The notes: generated by a model not told the origin, from the sequence alone. Numbered from the stretch's first letter, positions 1-9,898 are shown. The stretch is 58,180 nucleotides of DNA from an uncultured Clostridia bacterium (GCA_947305635.1 CAMZEG010000001.1:1-58180); one strand, 5' to 3'. Translations and numbers: made by a program.

Positions 1-2
1 TG

Positions 3-77
3 GCCTTTAAGACCAACTACGCGGAAGCTTACACGCAATGGTATTATAACGGTAAGATTATAGTCCAAATTGAATAA
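3..77 (+). CDS. 3' end of an unidentified CDS (5' part lies outside the window)
   Basis: Frame is open from the window edge and ends ...AFKTNYAEAYTQWYYNGKIIVQIE with TAA at 75-77. A hairpin/T-run terminator follows. Confidence 0.3.
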   Translation, partial: AFKTNYAEAYTQWYYNGKIIVQIE

Positions 78-92
78 ACCATCTATCTCTGC

Positions 93-125
93 AGCCGTCT
101 CTGAAAAGAGACGGCTTTTTCTTTT
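93..125. terminator. Rho-independent terminator (usable in both directions)
   Basis: Stem agccgtctct / agagacggct with a gaaa loop, followed by tttttctttt on the + strand. Confidence 0.6.
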
Positions 126-357
126 GCTATTTCGCTGTCATTCTGCACTATTTCAGAATGCGGAATTTAGTCATTCCTTTCAGCGTCATTTCTTCTGACT
201 GATTTCGGATATACAGTTTTTTCATTTTTCTGCCTCTCTTCTGGAATAATCGTGTATTCCAGAGAAGAAAACAAAGATTTCTTTCGTCAAAAAAGAGGAG
301 CACGATACTGCGAAAACCCTCAAAAAATCGTGCTCCCTTCAAAAACACGGCTTTTGA

Positions 358-402
358 GACAAAAAAAGTGGATAAACCCTTGTAAATCAAAGGTTTATCC
401 AC
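358..402 (-). terminator. Terminator downstream of tRNA-Ser
   Basis: Hairpin gtggataaaccc...aggtttatccac at 368-402, followed on the minus strand by a T7 run (361-367). A second hairpin, ggagcacgat...atcgtgctcc at 296-338, is also followed by a T-run on the minus strand. Confidence 0.6.
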
Positions 403-412
403 TTTCGTGTTA

Positions 413-504
413 TGGCGGAGAGCATGGGATTCGAACCCACGAACCGCTTTTGACGGTTACACGATTTCCAGTCGTGCTCCTTCGACCAGCTCGGACAACT
501 CTCC
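413..504 (-). tRNA. tRNA-Ser (anticodon GGA), type II with long variable arm, CCA encoded
   Basis: The reverse complement reads GGAGAGT..GCTCTCCGCCA. Acceptor stem is 7 bp. Anticodon stem-loop is CACGA-CUGGAAA-UCGUG. Variable arm is AACCG..CGGTT. T-loop is GGTTCGAATCC. Confidence 0.93.
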
Positions 505-523
505 GTGTTGCGGTTGCCTTGCT

Positions 524-552
524 ATTATACACAACCGCTTTCTAAAAATCAA
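524..552 (-). promoter_or_regulatory. Sigma-A-type promoter for tRNA-Ser
   Basis: Minus strand reads TTGATT, 17 nt, TATAAT with an upstream TGTG. It lies about 20 nt upstream of the tRNA 5' end. Confidence 0.5.
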
Positions 553-587
553 GTCTTTTTCCGAATTTTTTTCTCTTCCCGGCGCGG

Positions 588-616
588 TTGACAGGCGCAT
601 GCGCGGGGCGTATAAT
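588..616 (+). promoter_or_regulatory. Consensus sigma-A promoter for azlCD
   Basis: TTGACA (588-593), exact 17-nt spacer, TATAAT (611-616). Confidence 0.6.
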
Positions 617-674
617 AATTGCGTCCGCAAACGCACTGCGCGAGCGGAACAGGAACGGAAAAGGAGGCGGTCGC

Positions 675-1370
675 TTGCGGCGGGAACACAAAGCCACCAT
701 CCGGCGCGCGCTGGTTTCTACGCTGCCGGTGTTTGCCGGGTATATCGGGCTCGGCTTCGGCTTCGGCGTGATTTTGCGCACGCGGGGCTACCCCATCTGG
801 CTGGCGCCGCTGATGGCGTGTACCATGTACGCGGGCTCGATGCAGTATGTCGCGGTCGATCTGCTGTTCGGCGGCGTGTCGCTGCTGACGGCCGCGGTGA
901 CGACGCTGATGGTCAACGCGCGCCACCTGTTCTACGGGATCTCGATGATTGAAAAATACAAGGGCGCCGGCTGGCGCAAGCCCTATCTGATGTTCGCGCT
1001 GACCGACGAGACGTATTCCCTGCTTTGCAGCGACACGACGACGGACCCCTCGCGCTACAACTATTACTTCTTTGTCTCGCTCTTCGACCAGTGCTACTGG
1101 ATCATGGGCTGTACGCTCGGCGCGGCGGTCGGCGGCGTGCTGCCGTTCCCGACGAAGGGCATCGACTTTGTCCTCACTGCGCTGTTTGTCACGATCGTCG
1201 TCGACCAGTGGCGCGCCAATCGCGATCACCTGCCGGTGCTGATCGGCGCCGCCGCTGCAGCGCTGAGTCTGCTGCTCTTTGGATCGGACAACATGCTGAT
1301 CCCCGCGATGCTCCTAATCGCGGTCGTTCTGACCCTGATGCGCAAAAGGGAGGTGCCGACCGATGGTTAA
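675..1370 (+). CDS. azlC: AzlC-family branched-chain amino acid exporter subunit
   Basis: Multi-pass membrane protein with AzlC-like motifs (YAGSMQYVAVDLL, LMVNARHLFYG). TTG start at 675 lies 7 nt after AAGGAGG. The longer ORF from 588 would overlap the promoter. Confidence 0.85.
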   Translation: MRREHKATIRRALVSTLPVFAGYIGLGFGFGVILRTRGYPIWLAPLMACTMYAGSMQYVAVDLLFGGVSLLTAAVTTLMVNARHLFYGISMIEKYKGAGWRKPYLMFALTDETYSLLCSDTTTDPSRYNYYFFVSLFDQCYWIMGCTLGAAVGGVLPFPTKGIDFVLTALFVTIVVDQWRANRDHLPVLIGAAAAALSLLLFGSDNMLIPAMLLIAVVLTLMRKREVPTDG

Positions 1371-1695
1371 CACCCACACCTTTTTGCTGATCGCGGTGAT
1401 CGCCATCGTCACCTACCTGCTGCGCTCGCTGCCGTTTCTGGTCTTCTCCGGCCGAAAGACGCCCGCCTTTGTGACCTACCTCGGCAAGGTGCTCCCCTAC
1501 GCGATCATGGGCATGCTTGTCGTGTACTGTCTGAAGGACACCACGGTGCTCTCCTGGCCCTACGGAATCCCGGAGCTGCTCGCGTGTATCGTCGTGGTGC
1601 TGCTGCACCTTTGGCGCAAGAACACGCTTTTGAGCATCGCCGTCGGCACGGCGTGCTACATGGTGCTGATTCAGGTGGTATTCAAAACAGCATAA
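1363..1695 (+). CDS. azlD: AzlD-family branched-chain amino acid transport protein
   Basis: 110-aa hydrophobic protein that overlaps the azlC stop by 8 nt, which is the typical azlCD arrangement. Confidence 0.8.
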   Translation: MVNTHTFLLIAVIAIVTYLLRSLPFLVFSGRKTPAFVTYLGKVLPYAIMGMLVVYCLKDTTVLSWPYGIPELLACIVVVLLHLWRKNTLLSIAVGTACYMVLIQVVFKTA

Positions 1696-1700
1696 ATACA

Positions 1701-1723
1701 GCCGGCGCCCATCGGGCGCCGGC
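1701..1723. terminator. GC-rich hairpin between convergent azlD and the DUF362 gene
   Basis: gccggcgccc atc gggcgccggc, a perfect 10-bp stem. T-runs are weak. Confidence 0.5.
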
Positions 1724-1748
1724 CTTCGCATTATTAGAAATACAAATC

Positions 1749-2639
1749 TTATACATCCACCCGCACGAGGTCGTACGCCCGCGAACCGAAGCCGAGCTCT
1801 GCCGCCGCTTCGATCGTGTGGATGCCGTGGCGGGATTCGACGCGCTCGAGGAAGTGCGCCTGTCCGGGGTCGTCCTTCGCGGCGTAGACGAGATCGATGC
1901 ACGCCTGGTCGATCGCGACCGGATCGAGCGACGCGAGCACGCCGATATCCGCCATGCACGGGTCTTCCGCGATCGCGCAGCAGTCGCAGTCCACGGAAAG
2001 GTTCTTCATCACGTTGATGTAGGCCGCTTTGTCGCCAAAATAGCGCACGACGCTCGACGCGGCGTCCGCCATGCTTTCGAGGAAGCGGTCCTGCGGCGGG
2101 AGGTTTCTCCAGACGGTCCGCTGATCCTTGATCTGTCCGGCGGAGTGGATCCACGCCTTGCCCTCACTCGACGCGCAGCCGATGGAAAGCTGCTTGAGCG
2201 CGCCGCCGAAGCCGCCCATCGGGTGGCCTTTGAAATGGGAGAGCACCAACAGGGAATCGTAGTTCGCGAGGTTTTTCCCGACGAAGTTTTCTTGCAGCGC
2301 GTGCCCGTTTTCAACCGGCAGCGCAAGATCGGGACCGACCGCGTCGAGGAGATCCACGTCAAAGTACTGGGTCCAGCCGTGGTCGTCGAGCAGCTTTTTG
2401 TGCTTTTCGGTGCTGTTGCGCGCGCCGGGGTAGGCGGTGTTGCATTCCACCACCGTTCCGCCGATCCGGTCGATCAGCGGACGCCAGAAGTCGGGCTTGA
2501 GAAAGTTCTGGTTGCCCTCTTCGCCGGAATGGAGCTTGACGGCGATTCTGCCGGTCAGGGGCGCGCAGACGAGGTCATACAGCGCCGAGACCGAAGCGGG
2601 CGTGATCACGGGCGTGAAGTAAACAATCGGGTTTGCCAT
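1749..2639 (-). CDS. DUF362 domain-containing protein
   Basis: 296-aa ORF. The N-terminal half (VYFTP...KLHSGEEGN..., SHFKGHPMGGFGGALKQLSIGC) resembles the DUF362 family. RBS AAAGGA is upstream. Confidence 0.7.
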   Translation of the reverse strand: MANPIVYFTPVITPASVSALYDLVCAPLTGRIAVKLHSGEEGNQNFLKPDFWRPLIDRIGGTVVECNTAYPGARNSTEKHKKLLDDHGWTQYFDVDLLDAVGPDLALPVENGHALQENFVGKNLANYDSLLVLSHFKGHPMGGFGGALKQLSIGCASSEGKAWIHSAGQIKDQRTVWRNLPPQDRFLESMADAASSVVRYFGDKAAYINVMKNLSVDCDCCAIAEDPCMADIGVLASLDPVAIDQACIDLVYAAKDDPGQAHFLERVESRHGIHTIEAAAELGFGSRAYDLVRVDV

Positions 2640-2675
2640 CGGGATTCATCCTTTCTTCAGCTGCTTTGCAGCCGG

Positions 2676-3275
2676 TTATTCCGCCGATACGTCGGCGGGC
2701 GCAGCAGGTTCCGCGGGCTCTTTCGGCTTTTCGGTCGGGCGCAGCCGCGGGAACGCGCGGTAGACGGCGATCACGAGCACGGGCACCACCAGCAGCTGCA
2801 GAGTAACGGCGGGCACGGCGTTGATAAAGCCGTTGGTTAAAAACAGTTTGAACGTGAACGGGTCGCCGCCGAGACCCGCGAGCGCAGTCCGCGCCAGACC
2901 CCAGACGAGCCGCCCGAGCAGCATCGCCGCGATCAGCGACACATAGATATAGCCGGGCTTTTTCGGCAGCAGCCGGTACAGCAGTCCGGTCACGAGACCG
3001 TAGGTGCCGAGTTCAAACGCCATCCCGATCGCGTTCGGGAACATTGCGGGCATGTGGAACAAAAACGAGCGCATCAGCGGCGCGATGATTCCGACCGCGA
3101 GTCCGTACCACGGACCGCAGAAATAGCCGCACAGCAGCACAGGCAAATGCATCAGCGACACTTTGTTGGCGATCTGCTGGACCTGTCCGGTCAAAAACGG
3201 CAGCACCATACAAAAGGCGAGCATCAGCGCCGCGATCGTCAGCCGCAGCAGCCGGTTATCCTGTTTCGATTGCAT
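2676..3275 (-). CDS. ECF transporter S (substrate-capture) component, substrate unknown
   Basis: 199 aa with about 6 TM segments. Motif MHLPVLLCGYFCGPWYGLAVGIIAPLMRS...AFELGTYGLV is typical of ECF S components (ThiW-like). No EcfA or EcfT is present in the window. Confidence 0.7.
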   Translation of the reverse strand: MQSKQDNRLLRLTIAALMLAFCMVLPFLTGQVQQIANKVSLMHLPVLLCGYFCGPWYGLAVGIIAPLMRSFLFHMPAMFPNAIGMAFELGTYGLVTGLLYRLLPKKPGYIYVSLIAAMLLGRLVWGLARTALAGLGGDPFTFKLFLTNGFINAVPAVTLQLLVVPVLVIAVYRAFPRLRPTEKPKEPAEPAAPADVSAE

Positions 3276-3351
3276 AAGACATCATCCTCTCTCTATTGCC
3301 CGTTTCGGGCAGAACGCGCCGCCTTGGGCGGCAGTTGCTGTATCGTTTTTT

Positions 3352-3756
3352 TCAAAGCAGGGCTTTGAGTTGTTCGACCGCTTCTTTGACCAGCTCGCTC
3401 ATCGTCGCGTCGCGGACGCCGACCACCCGGTTGTTGCAGCGGTTCAGCGGCAGCAGAAGCTTTACCGCGGGGCTCTGGCCGACGGCGACGGCCATCTTGG
3501 GCGTGATCTCGCCGAGCAGAGAGTCGGCGGACAGAATCCCGATCGAGCCGATAATGACGTCCGCGTCGCGGCAGGCGACGAGCACGGGGTTCTCCCCTGT
3601 CGCGCCCTGCGCCGCGCCGGCTTTGAGCATTGCGGCGGTGGCGATGGCGTTCGTCCCGATCGCGAGCGGCTCCAGCGCGGGCAGCTCCTTGCGGATCGCT
3701 TCGACCAAAAGACTGCCGAGCCGTCCGCCCTGTCCGTCGATAATCACCAGTTTCAT
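3352..3756 (-). CDS. DUF3842 family protein
   Basis: MKLVIIDGQGGRLGS... 134 aa. ATG at 3754-3756 is preceded by AGGGGG. The longer ORF to 3963 lacks an RBS and would cross the promoter. Confidence 0.7.
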   Translation of the reverse strand: MKLVIIDGQGGRLGSLLVEAIRKELPALEPLAIGTNAIATAAMLKAGAAQGATGENPVLVACRDADVIIGSIGILSADSLLGEITPKMAVAVGQSPAVKLLLPLNRCNNRVVGVRDATMSELVKEAVEQLKALL

Positions 3757-3786
3757 GCCGTTTCGCCCCCTCTTTTTACTGATTCT

Positions 3787-3815
3787 ATTATCGTTGAAAC
3801 CGCCGCGTTTGTCAA
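3787..3815 (-). promoter_or_regulatory. Promoter for the DUF3842 / ECF-S / DUF362 operon
   Basis: Minus strand reads TTGACA, 17 nt, GATAAT. The -35 is embedded in an 8-bp-arm palindrome at 3813-3832. Confidence 0.45.
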
Positions 3816-3886
3816 GAGGCAAACGCCTCTTGTTTTTTTTCGCGGAATCTGCTACTATAAAGAAAAACGGATCGGAGGCATTCGAT

Positions 3887-5095
3887 ATGTTGTTGCAAAA
3901 GCTCATCGCCTGGCTGCTCGTCTTACGCCTCTTTTTTGCCGCTGGGTTTTTCCTGCCCGGCAACCGGCAGAACGCCGACGCGATTGCAAAGGACGAAACC
4001 GCGGCGGCCGGCTATGCGCTCACGCAGATTCTGCTGGAAAAGTGTTACGACCCGCTGCGCCACAACATGCACAAGCACACAGACGACAAGGGCCTGACCT
4101 ATGCCTGGGGCGCCGCTTCGTTTTTGGAAGCCATGGCGGACGCCTACCGCCTCTTCCCGGCCGATCTGCGGCTGCGGTATGACTACGCCGACGCGCTGAA
4201 GCGCTGCATGCCGCACTATCTGGCAAAGGACCAGACGATTGAAACGCCGTCCGGCCCGGTCTCCGATATCACCTATTACAACGCGTCGGCGGGCAACCGC
4301 GGCGATTATTACTACGACGACAACGCCTGGATCTGCATCCAGCTGCTGTTCGGCTACCGGAATCTCGGCGACGCGTCGCTGCTGGAGGCGGCAAAGCAGA
4401 ACCTCGCCTTTTTGTGGACCGGTTGGGACGACGTGCTGGGCGGCGGGATCTACTGGTCCGCTTCGTACGAAAGCAAAAACGCCTGCGCCAACGCGCCGAC
4501 CGCGATCGCGCATCTGCTGTATTATCAGATCACGGGCGAAGAAGCCTATCTGGAACGCGGAAAAGCGATTTACGATTGGATGAACGCGGCGCTGCGCGAA
4601 AACGATCTCTTTTCGGACGCGATCGCCGTTTCGGACGGCGGGATCAACCATTGGAAGGCCGCCTACAACCAGGCCACGATGATCTACGCGGGCAGCCTGC
4701 TGTATGAGATCACGGGCGACGCGCAGTACTACGACCTCACGAAGAAGACCGTCGACGCCTCCTTGCCGCTGATGTTTATCGAGACGGAAACCGAGGACGG
4801 CGGCACCGATATCACGATGCGCGAAAACCCGATCTATTCCGCGTGGTGCGTGGGCTGGCTGGTGCGCAGCTATGTGAAATTCTTTGAAGTCGACCCGCAG
4901 AAGGACACGGCGGCGATGGACCGCACCAACGCCGTGCTGCAAAAGGAGCTGGCGACGAAGGACGAAGACGGGCTGTACGACCCGTTCTTCTGCTCCGGCG
5001 GCGTCAACCCCGAAGCCTATACCAGTCTGCTCGCGCAGTCCGGCGTCGCGTGCACGCTGCTGAACGCCGCCTATTACAACGCGGTATTACAGTAA
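3887..5095 (+). CDS. Glycoside hydrolase family 76-like (alpha-1,6-mannanase-like), secreted
   Basis: Signal-peptide-like N-terminus. GH76-type motifs are YYYDDNAWI, GGIYW and NACANAP. ATG at 3887 lies 8 nt after GGAGG. Confidence 0.75.
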   Translation: MLLQKLIAWLLVLRLFFAAGFFLPGNRQNADAIAKDETAAAGYALTQILLEKCYDPLRHNMHKHTDDKGLTYAWGAASFLEAMADAYRLFPADLRLRYDYADALKRCMPHYLAKDQTIETPSGPVSDITYYNASAGNRGDYYYDDNAWICIQLLFGYRNLGDASLLEAAKQNLAFLWTGWDDVLGGGIYWSASYESKNACANAPTAIAHLLYYQITGEEAYLERGKAIYDWMNAALRENDLFSDAIAVSDGGINHWKAAYNQATMIYAGSLLYEITGDAQYYDLTKKTVDASLPLMFIETETEDGGTDITMRENPIYSAWCVGWLVRSYVKFFEVDPQKDTAAMDRTNAVLQKELATKDEDGLYDPFFCSGGVNPEAYTSLLAQSGVACTLLNAAYYNAVLQ

Positions 5096-5130
5096 ACAGA
5101 CAGACCACTTTCTGAGAGGAGGCCTTGCGG

Positions 5131-7760
5131 ATGAAGTACATCCAAAAGCTGAAAACGCTGATCAGCATTCTGCTGATTCTCATCACAGGCGGCGGATTCT
5201 TTCCGGGCGTACGGGATTTGCTGAAAGCGGGTGACGTAACCATGATTCAAAACGACCACACGAAATCCTTCTCGACGGTCTTCACCGAGCTGGTTGCCTA
5301 TCCGGGCACCGACGAAGAGCGGCAAAGCTGGCAGCAGGGCATGGTGACCGGCAACGGGGAAAACGGCGCGGTCTGCGCCGGGTCGCCCTATAACGACACG
5401 CTGATCTATCAGAACATCCGCTTTCTGATGCCGACCAACGATCCGCGCTATACACCGGACGAAGTCACGGGCGAACTGGAAGAGGCGCGGCAGGCTGTCA
5501 TCAACGGCGACGACACGTGGGACATCCACGGCCGCGGCGCGACCTATTTCTACGCCTTCCATCCCGGCCCCGTGCTGCGCATGACCGCAAAGAAGCACCT
5601 TTACCGCAACTATATCCGCTGGACCGATTTTGAAACGGCGGAGGTCGGCGTCCGCTACACCGACGTCCGCGGCACCTGGAAGCGGCTCACCTTCTCGTCG
5701 CGGGAGGACAACGTCACGATCACGAAGATCACGAAGTCCAGCCTCGGCGCGAAGATCAACCTGACGCTGTCTCTGGACGACTGCTGGTCCTTGCGCAACT
5801 TCGGCGGCGGCGGAGAAAAGGACATGCGCTACAAGAAGCTGGTCGACGAATACGCCGACTATATCGCGCAGATCGCCCACTACCCCGCCTATGAAAACAG
5901 CGAGCTGAAAAACGGCGGCTACTGCGGTCTGACGCGCGTAATTACGGTGGGCGGCAAAAAGGAACGCGTCGTGCTGGATGAAACGAACGATTCCGAAAAC
6001 GTGGCGCAGGACAAAAACCCCGCGATCAAGATCACCGACGCGGACGCCGTCTATCTCATCACGCAAAGCGACCGCACGTTCGACATGGGCGACATGGCGG
6101 ACTTCGCGGCGGCGACGCGGTACGATCTGCTGGACCGGCTGAACGCTGCGACCGCGGCTGTCGCCGAAAAATACACCGTGAACGGCGCGTTCGATTACGA
6201 CGCGGCGCTTCGGCCGCACGCCGCGCAGCAGTCGGCGCTCTTCAACACGGTCAAATTCGACCTCGGCGACGACGGGAAAGAGGCCGTCCCCAACGAATAC
6301 CTGATCCGGATGCAGCAAAAGAGCGACACGCTGCTGCCCGCGATGGTGGAACGCGCCTACAACCAGGGCCGCTACGTCCAGATCTGCTGCGCAGGCGATT
6401 CGTTCCCGCGCCTGTACGGCATGTGGACGGCGAATGGAACCCGAGCTGGCGTGGCATCTATACGATGGACGCGAACGTCAATTTGCAGTCGTCCGGCATG
6501 AACACCGGCAACATCCGCGAAGCCGGAATCGGCTATATCAAATTCGTACTGCGGCAGATCCCCGACTGGGAGGAGAACGCCGCCAAAACCTACGGGATGA
6601 CCGACGCGATTCAGGTGCCCGTCAACACCGACGGCGACCGCGCGATGATGGTGGAATACAACCGCTGGTACCCGTTCGAATACTGGAACGCCGGAGCAAG
6701 CTGGATGCTGCTGCCGATCTTTGAATTCTGGCAGTGCTACGGCAACACGCAGGTTGAATATAACGGCGAAACGCTGGATCTGGAAAAAGATATCCTGCTG
6801 CCGCTTTTGACGAAGCAGGCGAACTTCTGGGAGCAGCTGTGCACGCCGGAATACTTCACCGACAAGGACGGCAAGGCGTGCTACGAAGCCGGCAAGACAA
6901 AACTGAACGACGGCGAAAAGTATCTGATCATCCCGTCGTATTCGCCCGAAAACGAGCCGCGCAACTACCACTCCCCGATCACGGCTAATGCCGCCATGGA
7001 TATCGCCGCCGCGAAGGACGGCCTGCGCATGACGGTCGAGATGGAAAAAACGATCCAAGCCGCCGGGTATGAAGCGCGTATCGCAAAATGGGAAGCGCTC
7101 GCGGCGCTGCTGCCGGACTATCAGTTCGACGAGACCGGCGCGCTGTGCGAATGGGCGATGCAGGAGTATGAGGAAAACAACAAGCACCGCCATATCAGCC
7201 ACCTGTACGCCGCGTGGCCCGCGTTTGAGACGCAGAACGACTCCGCCCTCGCCGCCGCCTGCAACCAGGCGATTGAAAACCGCAACCGCGAAAACGAGGG
7301 CGAAGACGACACCGCCTCGCACGGCTGGGTGCACAAGGCGCTGGTCGCGGCGCGGCTGAAAAACGCGGACTCCGCCTGCCATTCTTTGTACATGCTGATG
7401 GCCGATCACCTCTATTACACCTCGCTGATGACCGACCACTACACCCATAACAGCTGGGGCGTGTTCTGCACCGACACCTCGATCGGCACGATCGGTGTAA
7501 TCGACGAAATGCTGCTGTATTCCAACGCCGGCGTCATCGAGGCGCTGCCCGCTTTGCCCGCGGCATGGCAGAGCGGCAGCATCAAAGGACTGCGGGCCAG
7601 AACGAACGCGCAGGTCGATCTCACATGGGCCCCCGATTCCGTGACGGTCACGGTCACGAGCGACAAGGCGCAGACGGTCAAAGTCGGCGTCTTCGGCGGC
7701 GAAGCGGAAAGCGCCGCGTTCAGCGAAGGCGAAACAAAGACGTTCACATTCACGCGGTAA
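5131..7760 (+). pseudogene. Glycoside hydrolase family 95-like (alpha-L-fucosidase-like) split by a 1-nt frameshift near 6426
   Basis: ORFs 5125..6501 and 6423..7760 together form one GH95-like protein (N-terminal GNGENGA.., central ..LYGMW|DGEWNPSWRGIYTMDANVNLQ, C-terminal LPALPAAWQSGSIKGLRAR). The frames switch at tgg-gac, where one G appears to be missing. Confidence 0.75.
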
Positions 7761-7775
7761 AGTAGCAAAAAACAC

Positions 7776-7815
7776 AAGGCTGTGCATCGGCGTTACCCGG
7801 TGCACAGCCTTTTTC
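7776..7815. terminator. Bidirectional terminator between the GH95-like and DUF4838 genes
   Basis: aaggctgtgca...tgcacagcctt hairpin, flanked by A-run and T-run. Confidence 0.6.
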
Positions 7816-7824
7816 AAAGACGAA

Positions 7825-9717
7825 TCAGGTGTTCTGCAGATAATAGATATAGCCGTAGATTGCAAACAGCGGCGGGAACTTTTCGACCAGATTGTTTGCC
7901 TTGATAAAGCCCTGCGGGATCTCTTCGTTCTCGGCGCCGACATGCCACAGATCGGGCGGCGCGTAGCGGATCAGATCCCGGTCAATCGCGGTGAGGTCCT
8001 CATAGGTGAACTCCTGCAATATGGTCACGCCCGCATCCAGCAGATCGCGGTACAGTTCCTCCTGCCTGTTTGCGCGGCAGGGATTCAGGTGGGAGAACTC
8101 CCCTTTTGCCGCGTTCGCCTTCCACCAGCGCCAGGAGAGCTCCGAGCGCTCGATATTGGCAAGCTGTGCTTCGTTGGCTTTCCTTTTGGCGAGCGCCCAG
8201 AGAAGATCGATCCGCGCGACGGTCGCCGAAACGATCGGGCGCATCGTCGCCCACGAGCTGTAAAGGAACGTCATGTGTCCGTCGAACGTGCCGGCATGGT
8301 CGGTAAACAGATCAATGATCTTGCGCATATACTTGCCGCCCGGGCCGTAATAGGCGTTCAGGAAGCCGTCGATCTCGGGATCGAGGTCGCGATAGGGGTC
8401 CTGCATGCACTTGGCGATCATGTAGGCGCGCAGTTCGCCGAATTCCGTGTCGCAGCTGTCAATGAAGTAGTTGCCCTCCGCGAAAACGCCCTTGACGTTG
8501 TTTTCATAGAAGATCTGCATATTCCGCTGAATGGCGCCGAAGTTCGGCATCACGGTGCAGGGGTGCAGATAGTGGGTCGTGTAATCCCAGATATAAAGGC
8601 GGTCGCAAATGGCGGACCACGCTTTCAGATCGTTGTAAAAGGTGCTGTTGCAGTCTGCGTCGAGCGGGTGCGCCATACAGCAGAAGATCGAGCACAGGCG
8701 CACGATCACGTTGTCGCGCGGGACGATGCCCGTGGGCGGCGTCTGGGAATAGAGATAGGCGAACGTATCGACGGCGACGTTTTCATAGCCGTTTTCCTTG
8801 ACGACGTCCGCGATCTGATTGACAAAGTTCAGTATCGTCGCCGACTGCACGCCGCCGTGCGCGGCTTCAAAGGCTTTGCAGGTTTCGCATTGACAGTATT
8901 CGCTGTTGTCGTTCTGCGTCAAGGAGACGATCTGCAACGGCGCCGACGGATCGTGCTTTTCGCGCAGAATCTGCAGCACGTTCTGCGTCGCGATCTCCAA
9001 AACGTCCGGATTCGTCAGGCAGGGCTGCTCCGTCGTCCGCGCGCCGTTATGCAGCGCGAGGTATTCCGGATGGGACTCGGCGTATTTTTCGCTTTCGCAA
9101 AGACCGCCCATTGTGTGGCAGAAGCCGCCGATATAGTCGACGCTGCCGCCCATTTCGGCGGGGATCGACCGGTAGGACCCGGCGGTCAGACCGTTCGCCA
9201 TCGAGTATTCGAGATTGCGCGGACTTCTCCAGTCGGTCTCGGTGTACTCGAAGAACGGTTCATAGACGATATCCGTATTGGCGGGGAAGCTGACGGACGC
9301 CGCCCGGGGCAGCACCGTGATGATTCCGGTGTAGACCTTGCGGTGGCAGAACTCCTCCAGAAAGCGGTAGGCCGCGATCTGCAGTCCGCGCTGGGCGGTA
9401 CCGTTGATATGCAGATTGCCGTCGATCGCCTGGATCCGGTAGCCGTTATCCGCGATAGCCGAGACGTCGGTTTCGGCAGCCGTGCCGACGGCGATGTACT
9501 TGCTTTGCGCCGCAGTGACGGTGCGGACCTCAGCGCCGAAGACCTCGCTGAGCGTGCTGCGCAGTTTTTCGGCAGCGAAGGATTCATAGCTTGTCGGCGC
9601 TTCGGGCGTCAGGATGACCCACGACGCGTCAACTGAAATGTTGTTTTTGGCAAACGCCAGCGGCGCCGCCGAGAGGAGCAGGCAGAATACCAGGATCACG
9701 CAGATGCTTTTTTTCAT
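7825..9717 (-). CDS. DUF4838 domain-containing secreted protein (glycosidase-like)
   Basis: 630 aa with signal peptide MKKSICVILVFCLLLSAAPLAFA and a perfect AAGGAGG RBS. Overall similarity to the DUF4838 family is recalled from memory. Confidence 0.7.
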   Translation of the reverse strand: MKKSICVILVFCLLLSAAPLAFAKNNISVDASWVILTPEAPTSYESFAAEKLRSTLSEVFGAEVRTVTAAQSKYIAVGTAAETDVSAIADNGYRIQAIDGNLHINGTAQRGLQIAAYRFLEEFCHRKVYTGIITVLPRAASVSFPANTDIVYEPFFEYTETDWRSPRNLEYSMANGLTAGSYRSIPAEMGGSVDYIGGFCHTMGGLCESEKYAESHPEYLALHNGARTTEQPCLTNPDVLEIATQNVLQILREKHDPSAPLQIVSLTQNDNSEYCQCETCKAFEAAHGGVQSATILNFVNQIADVVKENGYENVAVDTFAYLYSQTPPTGIVPRDNVIVRLCSIFCCMAHPLDADCNSTFYNDLKAWSAICDRLYIWDYTTHYLHPCTVMPNFGAIQRNMQIFYENNVKGVFAEGNYFIDSCDTEFGELRAYMIAKCMQDPYRDLDPEIDGFLNAYYGPGGKYMRKIIDLFTDHAGTFDGHMTFLYSSWATMRPIVSATVARIDLLWALAKRKANEAQLANIERSELSWRWWKANAAKGEFSHLNPCRANRQEELYRDLLDAGVTILQEFTYEDLTAIDRDLIRYAPPDLWHVGAENEEIPQGFIKANNLVEKFPPLFAIYGYIYYLQNT

Positions 9718-9898
9718 GGTCGGTTCCTCCTTTTTTTTGCGCGGAAACGCAATAATATTGCTCTTCTAAAGTACCATATTTCGCGGCAAATTGCAAGAGG
9801 GATACCGAGAGATTCGGCAAAGAAAAGCACGCATTCAAAAAACGCCCCTGACGGACGGCTGCAGCCGCACCGTGGGAGCGTTTTTCTTAGTCAGGCAG

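Noticed and set aside
148-402. 84-aa minus-strand ORF spanning the two tRNA terminators
   Set aside because: It would read through two stem-loop/T-run terminators and has no RBS at its start. Only the last 25 codons have a plausible RBS; these are reported as a low-interest finding.
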